From Octopus bimaculoides (taxonomy: Eukaryota), in NCBI RefSeq assembly GCF_001194135.2, contig NC_068981.1, positions 33,782,444 to 33,831,668 on the forward strand: a stretch of 49,225 nt of DNA. The letters run 5' to 3'. Position 1 is the stretch's first letter. Every line of letters starts with the position of its first letter. The notes beneath the pieces are model-generated. The model ran no database searches. It was not told where the DNA came from and worked only from the letters and a program-made list of their open reading frames with translations. This document shows, piece by piece, positions 36,776 to 49,225 of the stretch. Position numbers and translations under genes: made by a program.

Positions 36776-37098
36776 GTAAAGAGTTGCTCTGTTTACCATA
36801 TACACCATCTATAAATTTCAAAGACCTTTGCACCAAATTACGTTCATCTGACTTGAATGACAAGAACAAGAACAACAACACCAACTTACGCCGTGATATA
36901 CCTTCAGAAAATTTCATTGATTTGGTTGGCAACAATGCATTCGATTTGTTGAGCAAAATGTTGGACTTGAACCCAGAAACTCGGATAAAGGCAGAAGATG
37001 CATTAAAGCATCCATATTTTGAAACACATTTTAAGGAAAATAATAAAGCACAAAAACCAATAAAAAATAATATAAACAAGCATTTATTTTCTAAATAA
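36776..37098 (+). CDS. CDC7: CDC7 exon 10, last (insert 3, AFDLLSKMLDLNPETRIKAEDALKHPYF, stop)
   Basis: gtcattcag acceptor, subdomain XI motif, TAA at 37096-37098. Spliced CDS totals 1419 nt = 472 aa plus stop. Confidence 0.95.
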
Positions 37099-37707
37099 AA
37101 ACCAATGACGAATGTCTAAAATGATATTTTATATAAGATTGTATTATTTCTTTTTGTGTTAATGTTACATGGTGGCGCTCAGATGTTTTGTTTTCATTAC
37201 CTATTTTATATAAATTGAAATTTCTGATAATTTAACTCTTTTCCTGTCCTGTGTGTTTCATGTGATACGTGATAAATGTTTCTGTGCATTGTATATGATA
37301 CACATTCCCAGTTTGTGTCAATCACCAGAGTAATTTGAGATTTATGAAAGGAAAGCTTTATATTACTCAGAACACGTGACACAAAGCTTTAAATAGAAGT
37401 CCGAAAACAAGCACAGAGGTTTTGGACAAACATGACAATGCTTTCGATAGGCAAAGCATAGAAATGTTCCCTTTCCTAAAAGGAATTGTTACCATTTGCA
37501 GCGATACAACAAAGAGTTATGTACCCTGATATCCAAATGTGGAGTTGGCTTTCTATGGTTGAACTTTTTGTTTAGAGTTATTTCCCTTGAAATTATTTGT
37601 TTTGAAATGTATTCAAAGAGTTACGTCCCCTGCAGCGCTTCTGTCCATCGACACGACGCAAAATGTAGGTGTTAATTCTTCCTTTCATATTTATACTATT
37701 TGCCTAC

Positions 37708-38068
37708 AGTGGAGGCGCAATGGCCCAGTGATTAGGGCAGAGGACTCGCGGTCGTAGAGTTGCGGTTTTGATTCCCAGATCGGGTGTTGTGAGTGTTTAT
37801 TGAACGAAAACACCTAAAGCTCCTCAAGGCACAGACAGGGGGTGGTGAACCCTGCTGTACTCTTTCACCACTCTTCTTGTTTCTTTTGTACTTGTATTTC
37901 AAAGGGCCAGTCTTGTCATACTCTGTGTCACGCTGAATCTTTCTGAGAACTACGTTAAGGGTACACGTGTCTGTGGAGTACTCAGCCACTTGCACGTTTA
38001 TTTCATGAGCAGGCTGGTCCGTTGATCGGATCAACTGGAACCCTCGTCGTCGTAACCGACGGAGTGCC
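37708..38068 (+). mobile_element. tRNA-derived SINE, full length
   Basis: A/B-box head gtggaggcgcaatggcccagtgattagggcag...ggttttgattccc; body shared with 27085-27463. Confidence 0.85.
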
Positions 38069-38405
38069 CCGATTTGCCTACAAAATATTTTCCTGTATTG
38101 TTATACAGTTANNNNNNNNNNNNNCCATAATTTCGGATATTCTTGACTTTCGGATATATTTGTGACTTTTATCGTTTTTACTGAATTCAGCTACTGGACT
38201 ATGTCCTTGCTGGGGCACCGCCTTGAATGGTTTAGTCTAGCAAATCGAACCCAATACTTATTTTTAAAAAAATCAGTTAGTGTGTTGGGCTCTTTTTGCC
38301 GAACAGTTTAGTTACGAGGAGGTAAACGAACAAAAAACCGGTTATCAAGTGATGTGTTTTCGTTGGACAAACTCAAAGGCAATATTACACACACACACAC
38401 ACACA

Positions 38406-38441
<36 letters not shown>

Positions 38442-38464
38442 TGCATAGTATTGCAACAGCTTGG

Positions 38465-38600
38465 GTTTTAGGAAACCACAACTGTTTAATATCTTGCCAA
38501 GGAACCTAAGAGATCTGCAAGGTATAGATGTGGTAACGTTAAAAAAGTACCTGAACAAATTTCTATCTGAAATCCCAGATGAGCCCACATTTTATTCAAA
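38465..38600 (+). mobile_element. LINE (CR1/L2-group) ORF2 C-terminal fragment
   Basis: PQLFNILPRNLRDLQGIDVVTLKKYLNKFLSEIPDEP. Confidence 0.6.
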
Positions 38601-40539
38601 GGAAAAGATCCAATTACACTGCCAGAACGTGTTGTTGAAAAATCACAGCAGTAATTGTTTTCACCTCAATAGATGTCAGTGATTGGTTGAAATTACCGAA
38701 ATACAACTTTTAACATGAAATTATTTGGAATATAGAAACTTTTCTTAACAAGGCTAAGAGAAAAAGATGTTTTATATGACACATTCTACCAGTATCCCAA
38801 GTTTTAAAGTGTTTCGTTAGAAAACAAATGGTGTCCGCCAAATCAGAAAGATCCAAGAAAAATTGCATGTGATGTTTCGATGAGACGTACAAAGATTACG
38901 TTGTCCCAGGTAAAAGTTTGTTTTTCAGCATAGAGGCCAAAGCTGTTCGGTGTGTGCGGACAGTAGAGGTACAACATATAAACAAAATTGCAATTCGGAC
39001 TTCAGTGGACGTGAGTATTCGATTTCAGAGATGTGTATGAGCGCAGTGGAATGCAACTGAGGCAGCAACAAAAACAGCAAATTATGGCTTCCTGAGTATC
39101 ATCAGACACAAATGCAGGAATGGCAAAGGTGATTAATTTGTATCCAGTTCCAGAAACAAGCGAGCAGACATTCCGTTCCCTGACAGTAACACGCAATAGC
39201 ATCGCTTCATTGTTGTGCGACGAGGAAGATATAATAGCTGCAGAGGAAAGTGTCCAAATTGTCAGGGGAAAAACCAAAGTAAAAAAAAAATGCAAAAATG
39301 TCAAAAGCAACAAAAGAACTCAACGATGAGGAACAACCACGTCAAAACAACAATGATGCCCCTCCTCAGAATAATGATGGAGACGGAGCCTTTGAAGATC
39401 AAAGCGATAACTAACAGATAAAATCATGCATCCATGGCGCCATGGATATTCCGTCAGTGACTTAAAAATGACGTAACCGCTGTTAATAGGTGTATTTGGG
39501 TGCACGAGACGAAAGTACGAGTAATGCCAAGCGGGTAGGGATGTGGGGTGCTCTAACTCGATCTAACCAGTAGCTTTCTTCACGGTGTGAGGACAAGAAC
39601 GAAAGACATTTTCCTACTTATTTCCTTTTAATTATACCTTGTTTTAATTACGGCGTGGTTTATTATACTTTCTTATTTGTTCTGTGTAAATATCTCCGCT
39701 TTATAAATTTTTAATTCGTCCGTTTGTATATTGTTTAATGTTTTTTATGTCATTCCTTCGTATAACTTATATGCTCTACTTCCTACGTTTTCGTAAGGAC
39801 ATCGCCTATTCAACGTTTCTTTACATTTTTTTCTGTATCTTTACGAGCCCTTGTGCCAATTAAGGAAAAGATTCTTGCTGTTCTAGTAGTCACTTGTGGC
39901 CAGTCTATAAAAAAAAAAAAGAAAAAATTACAGTAGTCAGTTCTCCAAAATAAGTCTTTCGATTTTTATATTCGATATTCCTCGTAATAAACATCAATCA
40001 AGTACTCTTTGGTTTCATTGCTGATGTCATCTAACTCCTGCATAGCTCTGATCTAGTTGGCCTATGACTAGAGGTATTCCAACCAAGAACATCCCATCTT
40101 TTGTGTATNNNNNNNNNNNNNNNNNNNNNNNNNNNNNNNNNNNNNNNNNNNNNNNNNNNNNNNNNNNNNNNNNNNNNNNNNNNNNNNNNNNNNNNNNNNN
40201 NNNNNNNNNNNNNNNNNNNNNNNNNNNNNNNNNNNNNNNNNNNNNNNNNNNNNNNNNNNNNNNNNNNNNNNNNNNNNNNNNNNNNNNNNNNNNNNNNNNN
40301 NNNNNNNNNNNNNNNNNNNNNNNNNNNNNNNNNNNNNNNNNNNNNNNNNNNNNNNNNNNNNNNNNNNNNNNNNNNNNNNNNNNNNNNNNNNNNNNNNNNN
40401 NNNNNNNNNNNNNNNNNNNNNNNNNNNNNAATCAGTGTTGGCTACAATTTCTAACAGTAGAACACGGTATTGACTCATAAAAATGTTTAATACACCAGCT
40501 GATCTAGCAAGCGTGGCATAATTTCAATGAGGTGAGGGG

Positions 40540-40880
40540 CTCCGAAAGGGGTCTCAGGGAGTAGCATCCCTGCCTTCCTGAGCTAGTTTTCCACCACATT
40601 TCTTAAAAATCGTGGTAGAGGCCTTAGTATCGGAACCACTCATGTCTAGAAACTGAGGTTTGGGGTAAGCAAGGGCATGCTCCCCGTAGAAAATCCAGTT
40701 CCAAAAAAGCCTCATGGTAACAAAGGAGAATGGGCACCAGCCAACCAGTCCAAAGGTTGCGGTGGGCTACACCTGCCTACCTCGGTTGCTATGGCATTGA
40801 GGTAGATCCCGCCACCCTTGTTAACGGGGACAAAACTTGGATTTAAAACACTGGATGATGAGGGATGATGATGATGATTG
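40540..40880 (+). mobile_element. 3' end of a second RTE-like or SINE family with a GAT tail
   Basis: aagggcatgctccccgtagaaaatcc parallels the main family's aagggcatccagctgtagaaac; (gat)n tail. Confidence 0.45.
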
Positions 40881-41665
40881 GCGAGGAGGGGGTGCAATGA
40901 TGCCGTCGAATAGTAGGCCCCCAAACGACGCGCATTCTCTCCTGATTACCCCAATAAACTTGCTAGCATCCGGAATGCGGAGCGTTTAACTGGTAACACG
41001 TGCAAAGAATGTATTACGGTTGCATAACGAAATGCCGCGTACCTATAAGTCATTAATAATTCTTAGGATTTATGAGAGTCACCTTTCTTCATTCGACTTA
41101 GAGAAGATGAAATGTCGGAAGTGTTTCCTGTAGATAAAGTATCTGACAACTGGTTCATGACACCAGATTACAACTTTACAGCAGATTACTCCATATTTTG
41201 AGGCAGTAGCTTAACTAAGATCGGTGCCACCAGGAACGGTAACTCATAGAATTCTTATCAATGTTAGCATTATTTTTTTGTACGAATGTTACGAATTTCC
41301 ATTTGTTATTGAGTATAATGGCAATAATCACGACATAAATAACTAGAAAAATTAAGTGCACCTTTAATTTGCAATATAATTATACATGCAACCTAAATAT
41401 ATTGACATTTACATAGTTCCACGTGGTTAAAATGAGAATTCGGTTAGGAAACAAATTCTAAGTACAAACGTTTTTGAACTACTTAAAAAAAAATATCAAT
41501 TTTTCACCGCTCAACTTTATTGTTTTATAAGACGCATAGCTGTGTTGATTTCGGGTTCAGTTCCACTGCACAGCATCTTGCGCAAGTGTCTTCTACTATA
41601 ATCCTGGAGCGACAAATGCTTTGAAAGTGAACACGGTAGAAGGGAAATTTTATGGAAGCCTACTC

Positions 41666-41731
<66 letters not shown>

Positions 41732-41742
41732 CATATACACAT

Positions 41743-42130
41743 TGGCGCAGGAGTGGCTGTGTGGTAAGAAGCTTGCTTCCCAACCACATGGTCCCGGGCT
41801 CAGTACCGCTGCGTGGCACCTTGCGCAGGTGTCTTCAACTATAGCCTCGGGCCGACCAAAGCCTTGTGAGTGGATTTGGTAGACGGAAACTGAAAGAAGC
41901 CAGTCGTATATATATATATATGAGTGTGTATGTATGCGTTTGTTGTTTGTGTCAGTGTTTGTCCCCCCACCATCGCTTGACAACCGATGTAGGTGTGTTT
42001 ACATCCCCGTCACTTAGCAGTTCGGCAAAGAGAAACCGATAGAATAAGTACTCGGTTTACAAAGAATAAGTCCTGAGGTCGATTTATGCTCCAGCATGGC
42101 CGTAGTCAGATGATTGAAGCAAGTAAAAGA
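41743..42130 (+). mobile_element. tRNA-like SINE with an internal (AT/GT)n tract; many partial copies (e.g. 5345-5520, 16195-16310, 19575-19740, 43960-44120, 46375-46600)
   Basis: Head gtggctgtgtggtaagaagcttgcttccc...gtcttc.actatagcctcgggccgacc; tail ...ctccagcatggccg...aagtaaaagag. Confidence 0.8.
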
Positions 42131-42136
42131 GTATAT

Positions 42137-42690
42137 ACACACAAGGTCTCATCAATAAGTAATCGGACTGTTGCCATTGTAACGAAGCTAAAGCACGCAA
42201 AGTGAAGCCGCATGACAAAGATTGGTCTTGAATTCTGCTGTGCATGCGCACTAAGTTTTAATGTTCTACCTCACTTCCGCTGTTTGCAGTAGTGCTTCGA
42301 AGGAAGGTGTGTAGCGTGTGATTGTCGCATTCACCATGACAAAGAAAGCTGTCATGGCGATACCTGCTCAGAGGCCTATACAAAGTTGCAGAAAGTGTAT
42401 GGAGAGGAGTGTATGAGCTGCACATAAGTGTACAAGTGGTTCAGACATTTCGAAGATGGCCGAAAAAATGTCGATATTGACGAACGTTCTGGGAGACTCG
42501 CAACCAGCAGAATTGAGAAAAACATCGCAGATGTGCGTGCAGCAGTGAGGGGAAATCTTTAAATCACCAAAGGATGTGCGGATTAGTTACGGTTCAGTTC
42601 AGTCTATTATCACTGAAGATTTGAGTGTGAGATGTGTATCTGCCAAGTTTGTGGCAAAACTGCTTTAAGCTGACAAAAAAAAAAAGAAAA
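42137..42690 (+). mobile_element. mariner transposase N-terminal fossil
   Basis: SEAYTKLQKVYGEECM...VYKWFRHFEDGRKNV...ERSGR...VSAKFVAKLL (HTH plus a WVP-like motif). Confidence 0.8.
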
Positions 42691-42762
42691 GAAAAGAAAA
42701 CACTTAGCTTTCAGTTGCACAATATATGATAGATTTAATCATATGATAGATTTAATCATACC

Positions 42763-43560
42763 TTATTGGTCAAGTGGACAGGATTCTGAGTTGCAACTGG
42801 ATTTAGGCTCTTGGTATCGACCATGTGTAATGATACTCTTCATATTGGGACAACAGCTATATGATAATTTCACAGAACGCCTATTAAATATTTTCCTATA
42901 TCTGTGAGTTGCTGGAAAATGTTTGTCTAGGAGAAACAAGAATCTTTTACCTATGTTAGTTTTCATATTAAGGGAAAAGGAGGGGCGAACTAAATAATTT
43001 TCTTTGACCTATTTTTAGGTTTCTTCTTCTTCTTCTGATTAATATTAGAGTGGTTATACATTACTTTATGTTTGATGTCACTAGATCTATAACTAATATC
43101 TTGATTATTATTAGAGGGATTATATATCAATTTACCTTTGAAGCTACTTTTGGCTAGGGCATTGTTATAATAGGGGGCAGCTTTCTCGAGAAAATTTCTT
43201 TAGAAGAGGAGAGGTTAGAAACTCTGTTACTAATATTAGCTATCAGGTTTTTAACTATTACAGGAGGGTGACAAGACTGCTGCTGTATATATGCGAGTTT
43301 CTCATCAGGCTTATGGAAAGTTTTATACGAGTAGGAGTTTAATCTAGGGAAACATCTAAATGATCAACTGTAGAGACATTAGTTGCTACTGTAATTTTAA
43401 GTCCTAATTAATTAAAAGTATAAATAAGTTGCTCTCTAAATATATCAAGGGTTTCATTGTTGCGTTTCTTCTATTATTAAATTTATTTTTTTAGTTCGTT
43501 TTGATATGTGGTTTGCGCCTGAAGAATATGTTTGAGTCTTCTCAACATATGACACTATTA
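42763..43560 (-). mobile_element. Penelope-like retroelement RT/thumb fragment
   Basis: VDHLDVSLD..YKTFHKPDEKLAYIQQQSCHPPVIVKNL...AAPYYNNALAKS...KTNIGKRFLFLLDKHFP.THRYRKIFNRRSVKLSYSC. Confidence 0.78.
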
Positions 43561-43698
43561 TAACGCTTTAATACATGTATTGTGCCCTTTAAATATATAT
43601 ATATATATAACTTAAAACTTAGATATGTTTCGACCAAAGATTGGTCCAGGCCATGTCTAACTTAATGGCACCACCTGATAGGATTATCTAAATCCTTT

Positions 43699-43925
43699 TT
43701 AAGTCGAGTTTTGTGATATTATGGCCCATTCAAGTACTGAGTTCTTGTTGTGTGAATTGTATTCAGGTTTGGGTGGCTTATCTGGTATTCCTTGAAGAAA
43801 TTTGTCCAGACTCCGTTTAAAGGTGATGGGATCCTTTTCCTCTTTGATCAATTTTGGGACAATGTTAAACAGGGCAGGACCTGTTGAGGAAAAGAAATTG
43901 TGTCGCTGTGTACCTATATGTTGTG
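43699..43925 (-). mobile_element. LINE (CR1/L2-group) ORF2 C-terminal fragment
   Basis: GPALFNIVPKLIKEEKDPITFKRSLDKFLQGIPDKP. Confidence 0.65.
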
Positions 43926-45649
43926 ATCCTGAATTGGGCAAAAATCGCTAGACAACCAGACTTGTTTTGTTTACAGCCATCTAATTTAGCGGTCTGGCAA
44001 AAGAGATTGATGAAACAAGTATCAGATATTAAAAAATAAGTCCTGGCGTCGACTTGTTCGACTAAACCCTTCAAGGCTCCAGCATGGCCACAATCAAAAG
44101 ACTGAAACAAATAAAAAATAAGATACATTAATGACATAGCAACAATTTATGGTCATCCAGCTCCTCTATTTGTGTCACTCAATGCAGCCCGCGTCACAAT
44201 TGTGTTATTAGTGATTTAAGGCAAGGCAAATGTACTTTTGTAAATTTACTTGTAGTTGACCGTGTATATATTTAATACAAACATGTAGCCCAGAGAAATT
44301 ATAATGAGAAAATATATGCAAATATAATTATTTGCAGAACGAGTCAATATAAATAATCTGCTGTAAACCAAGTTTTTTTTTTTTGTTTAACAGAAAAGAA
44401 CACTCAAAACTAAACAAAACAAGATAAAAAGAACTTGCTATATTCGGCACCCGGGCAACATTGAGTATCTTTGTACACACGCATCACACACATACATGCA
44501 TATATGCGCGCACACACGCACGCACGCACATATACACACACGCGCACACACGTACATACATATATGTATACATTTAAGTACATACATGCATACCTACCTA
44601 TCTATCTACTTACCTGCCTGCCTACATACATATATACACATACAAATACACATACATGCATGCATGCATACACATACATACATACATACATACATACATA
44701 CATACATACATACATAGAACCATGATTAAAAGTACACAAAAATGAAATTTTCAATTAAAAATTTTTTTGGTTAAATCACAAAAAAAAAAACAACCCAAAA
44801 CAGAACATATCTTTGTTTATAACCAAAATTTAATAATCAATGTTTCAATGTTTCTGACGTGAATATCTTGTACTTTTCTAATAAATTCAATTGTTATCAG
44901 GAAACCATTTTCACAATAAAATATTGTACTATATGCTTCCCAGAACCAACACGATGAATTAAACATTTGTTTTGAAGAATTTTTGAATTTCAACTTTGAC
45001 TTAATGATCACCCCTATGTATCCATTATGATTCAGACCCTGGGACGCCTCGTGCAAAAGGAATTGGTGTCTGAATTGTATTTTTTTTTTTTTTGCCTTGA
45101 AATGTTTTGTCTCGTTTGGTAAGATGAATAGTAACGTTGTTGTATGGAACAGTGCGGTTTGAGTTAGTTGTTCTATAACATACAAGAAAAAATGCTTTTG
45201 TAAAACCCCTCTCTCGCAAAATTGTACAGAATCGATAGCCCACCAAATCCATAACTGTTCTGAATATCTTTTTCACTGGTTTGATTCGGAGAAAGAAGTT
45301 ATATCCGTGATCTTTACAGAGAGAATACCTGAAATAAACTCGACTGTTTTCACAAACGAGAATACTAAAAATGAACCCAGCCGCTCCCCAAAATTAAGTA
45401 AAAAAAAACAAAAACAGAAAAATAATCCAGAATCTTTCTCTGGTACTTGATCGATCCCAATGCTAGTCGTGGAATGTGAAAATGGTTTTAGAAAATTTAG
45501 TAACAGTAATAAATACTTTATCTCTTTCTAATACAAGCCAAAGTTAACAAATTCACCATTCGAATAGTTATAGCTTAAAGGGAGATAAGTGAGAAAGACT
45601 TGAAAGTTAACGTAAAATCGTAATCATGTAAAGTAAAGTAAATATAAAA

Positions 45650-45833
45650 AATAATCGGTACCGGATCAATCTCAAAATCTAACCAATTCGTGCCACTTAC
45701 GAGGCCAAACATCCCTGAAAGTTTCATCCGAACCCATCCAGCCATTCTTGAGATATCTAGTCCACAGACAAACAAACAAACAAACTAACCGCCACTAAAA
45801 ACAATACCGCCGCCTTCGCTATGGCGGAGGTGA
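45650..45833. mobile_element. Helentron/DINE-1-like non-autonomous element end
   Basis: (CAAA)n microsatellite next to the terminal hairpin accgccgcc-ttcgctat-ggcggaggt. Confidence 0.45.
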
Positions 45834-45985
45834 TAGAAAAAAGTATTTCTAGACCTCAAAAAGAAAAGAAAACACAAACAAAAACAAACAGAATGTTCTC
45901 CTGACGATATACATAAATATATATAAATATGCATGAACGCACACATACATACTACCATGCATTCGTACGGATACGCATACACGCG

Positions 45986-46019
<34 letters not shown>

Positions 46020-46139
46020 GACATAATAATGTTTGTTTTTATGATGGGTTATAATAAATTTTAGAATTTTAAGAAATTTTACATTAAACTGAATGATTGC
46101 TCAGTACTTTTTGTAGAATATAAATTTATTATATTTCAT

Positions 46140-46172
46140 TAGAGTGGTGACAGTGACTTCGAAGTTTCGGTC

Positions 46173-46217
<45 letters not shown>

Positions 46218-46328
46218 TGTGTGTGTGCGCTTATATATNNNNNNNNNNNNNNNATATATACATATATGTATGTTTGTATGTTTGTATTTATATATATATG
46301 TATATATGTGTATATATATATATGTATG

Positions 46329-46360
<32 letters not shown>

Positions 46361-47535
46361 CTTGTATTTATGTGTGTGTGTCTTTGTATCTGTATTTGTC
46401 CACTCACCATCGCTTGTCAACCAATGTTGGTGCATTTACGTCCCGTAACTTAGCGGATCGGTAAAAGTGTTCGGTAAAATAAGTACTAGGCTTACAAAGA
46501 ATAAGTCCTGAAGTTGATTTCTTCGATTAAAAAAACCAAAAAAACCTTAAGGCGGTGCTCCAGCATGGCCGCATTTAAATGTCTGAAACAAGTAAATGAA
46601 TAAAAGAATAAACACACACATGTATGTGTGTATGCATACATATATATATATATGTATGTGTGTGTGTGCATATATACATGTGTGTTTGTGTGTGTGTGTG
46701 TGTGTGCGTGTGCATGCGTGTGTGTGTACAAGATAACGATAAAGATGTTTATTTAAATTTTCTAAAGTGTTGTTAGCGTAGATTTACCACCATTCTTGGT
46801 GTTATTTCGAAAGTTTACAATACATTTCACGTACATGCACTTCTGCTGACATGCAGCGTGAGAAATACACAAATCAATATATCTCCACAGACACACGAGT
46901 GACACACAAACTTAAATACATTAATATACCCAGACACACATGGATGTGCACACGCGCAAACGTCGATAAGCATACGTTCACACGTGTACGTACATGAATA
47001 CACACCAATATAGATATAGCTGTATATGAATATCCATACATACAAACACAAACATACGTACGTACAGTTGTATATACACACACACACACACATGTGGATA
47101 TCCATACACATATATACATTCGTATATGCACATGAAGAACCCATTGGCATGCAAATGTGCTTGTATTAATATATTCATATCCATAAATATACATGTTGAC
47201 ATGTATCTCTACACACACATACTAATCAAAGCTACATATACACATAGAGACACAAGCTAATATACATACGTACGCACATATGTACATATGCATAGATATA
47301 TATATATATACCTACATAAGAATTCATACACATAATATACACATACTTTTACTCATGTAAAACTGAGCACATTGACATGCATGCGTGAATGCATGCGTAA
47401 TTGCATATCATTAAGGCTACCTACCCGAATAGGCACAAGTTGGCATCAATACGCACAGACTTTAATATCTATTTATATATACACACCCTGAAATACACGT
47501 GAACGCAGACATTAATATATTTACTCTTATATATT

Positions 47536-47568
<33 letters not shown>

Positions 47569-47937
47569 GTATATATATATANNNNNNNNNNNNNNNNNNN
47601 NNNNNNNNNNNNNNNNNNNNNNNNNNNNNNNNNNNNNNNNNNNNNNNNNNNNNNNNNNNNNNNNNNNNNNNNNNNNNNNNNNNNNNNNNNNNNNNNNNNN
47701 NNNNNNNNNNNNNNNNNNNNNNNNNNNNNNNNNNNNNNNNNNNNNNNNNNNNNNNNNNNNNNNNNNNNNNNNNNNNNNNNNNNNNNNNNNNNNNNNNNNN
47801 NNNNNNNNNNNNNNNNNNNNNNNNNNNNNNNNNNNNNNNNNNNNNNNNNNNNNNNNNNNNNNNNNNNNNNNNNNNNNNNNNNNNNNNNNNNNNNNNNNNN
47901 NNNNNNNNNNNNNNNNNNNNNNNNNNNNNNNNNNNNN

Positions 47938-47968
<31 letters not shown>

Positions 47969-48430
47969 TATATACACATACATATACATATTCACGCATG
48001 CGTATATACGTGTATATGTTGATATACGCTTGTAGTCACAATAAGTATAGCCAGGTACAAGCTGACATGCACACGTACACATACTTTAACATCCATCAAT
48101 GCACACACGCTAGTATACATGAGTATATACACATGCATAAACGTTTATATATATTTATATGCACACACATCCACTCGTATGCACACGTACACACATATAC
48201 AAATACATATATAGACACATACTTATACATGCATACACATATATGCACACATGCGTACAATCATTAATACCCACCCATATACATACACGTATGAATATAC
48301 AAACACATGGACACAAATATGTATACATACGTGAATACATACACATACAAACAGATACGTATGCATACACGTATATACACACGTACACATGTACGCATAC
48401 GCATGCGGATAAGCATGCGTATAAACATTA
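46140..48430. repeat. Large degenerate AC/AT/GT low-complexity domain containing two N gaps
   Basis: Direct reading; explains the Y/I/H/T-rich spurious ORFs. Confidence 0.85.
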
Positions 48431-48916
48431 ATTCACCCGCGGACGTCCTCAGCCCAACTCTACGCGCTTTTCTGCACCATGATTTCATCCTATTGTTTCG
48501 AATGAGTAAAGCGTTAGACAAAAGATGCTCAAAGGAAATATTTCTATTTGATGTTTAATTTCTCTCTCCATCCTAACCAGCCACAAACTCGGTTTTGGTC
48601 TTTACTTTCTGGGTATTGCCCCACTCTCTTCATTGCAATGTATGACACATTAGCAATTGAACGCATTTTTCTAAACCAGAGTGTTTGCGTTGTTTAGCCC
48701 CAAGTAAGCCCCGAACAAGCAGAATAATGATCAAAGGCGATCCCGCCTTCACCATCCAGTATTTATTTTTTATTTAAATATTTACCCCAGATAACACTAT
48801 CTGTGTCTTTGTTTAAAGACTGTAGTGTATAATTCGAGGGAGGTTTGGCAGCTATTTTCAGTTGGTAGAGCGACTATACAGAGATTTCCTCATTGGCTGA
48901 ATCCAAACTAAAGAAT

Positions 48917-48918
<2 letters not shown>

Positions 48919-48975
<57 letters not shown>

Positions 48976-48976
48976 G

Positions 48977-49064
<88 letters not shown>
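48919..49064. repeat. (TCTA)n tetranucleotide microsatellite
   Basis: Direct reading. Confidence 0.95.
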
Positions 49065-49065
<1 letters not shown>

Positions 49066-49225
49066 ACACACACACATATATATACAGGGTGCGACAGAAG
49101 TAATGCTATTTTGTATTTGAGTTTTCCAATGTCTAATTGAGTTTCTTTTTTATTTCCTAAAACTTCTGCGATTTTTCTCATTAGTTTATTATTCGTGTTC
49201 AATAAAAAATTGCTTAATAAACATT

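Noticed and set aside
37708-37790. tRNA gene
   Set aside because: A/B boxes are present but there is no full cloverleaf, and the sequence continues into a SINE body repeated elsewhere.
44471-49120. Long Y/I/H/T/C/V-rich ORFs and X-filled ORFs
   Set aside because: Translations of microsatellites and N gaps.

Overview
Eukaryotic, AT-rich, repeat-dense draft-assembly DNA with six N gaps. The (GAT)n-tailed RTE repeats, tRNA-derived SINEs and AT/CA microsatellites suggest a cephalopod, most likely Octopus; this is inferred from repeat style. Reading splice sites and frames by hand gives two divergent intron-containing genes. (1) The 5' half of WDR46/UTP7 (BING4, SSU processome) on the minus strand: five coding exons from ATG 9365 down to 498, continuing off the left edge. 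(2) A complete CDC7 kinase on the plus strand: ten coding exons, 18293-37098, about 472 aa once a 91-bp assembly duplication in exon 7 is removed. A canonical E2F motif lies between them at 14195. Most other sequence is transposon debris: about 20 truncated 3' ends of an RTE LINE, several tRNA-SINE families, mariner (DD34D), Tc1 and maT (DD37D) fossils, a Helitron 3' end, a CRE-like RLE retroelement, a Penelope-like fragment, Gypsy-gag fragments and hairpin MITEs. Highlights: a Merlin-type MITE with perfect 8-bp TSDs built from inverted telomeric TTAGGG repeats (two copies bracketing the putative CDC7 promoter); an RTE insertion with a 122-bp target-site duplication starting in an older copy's tail; inverted RTE pairs around many exons; and a possibly ancient WDR46-CDC7 linkage. 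No database searches were run. Family names rest on remembered motifs, and repeat boundaries are approximate unless a TSD or TIR is quoted.
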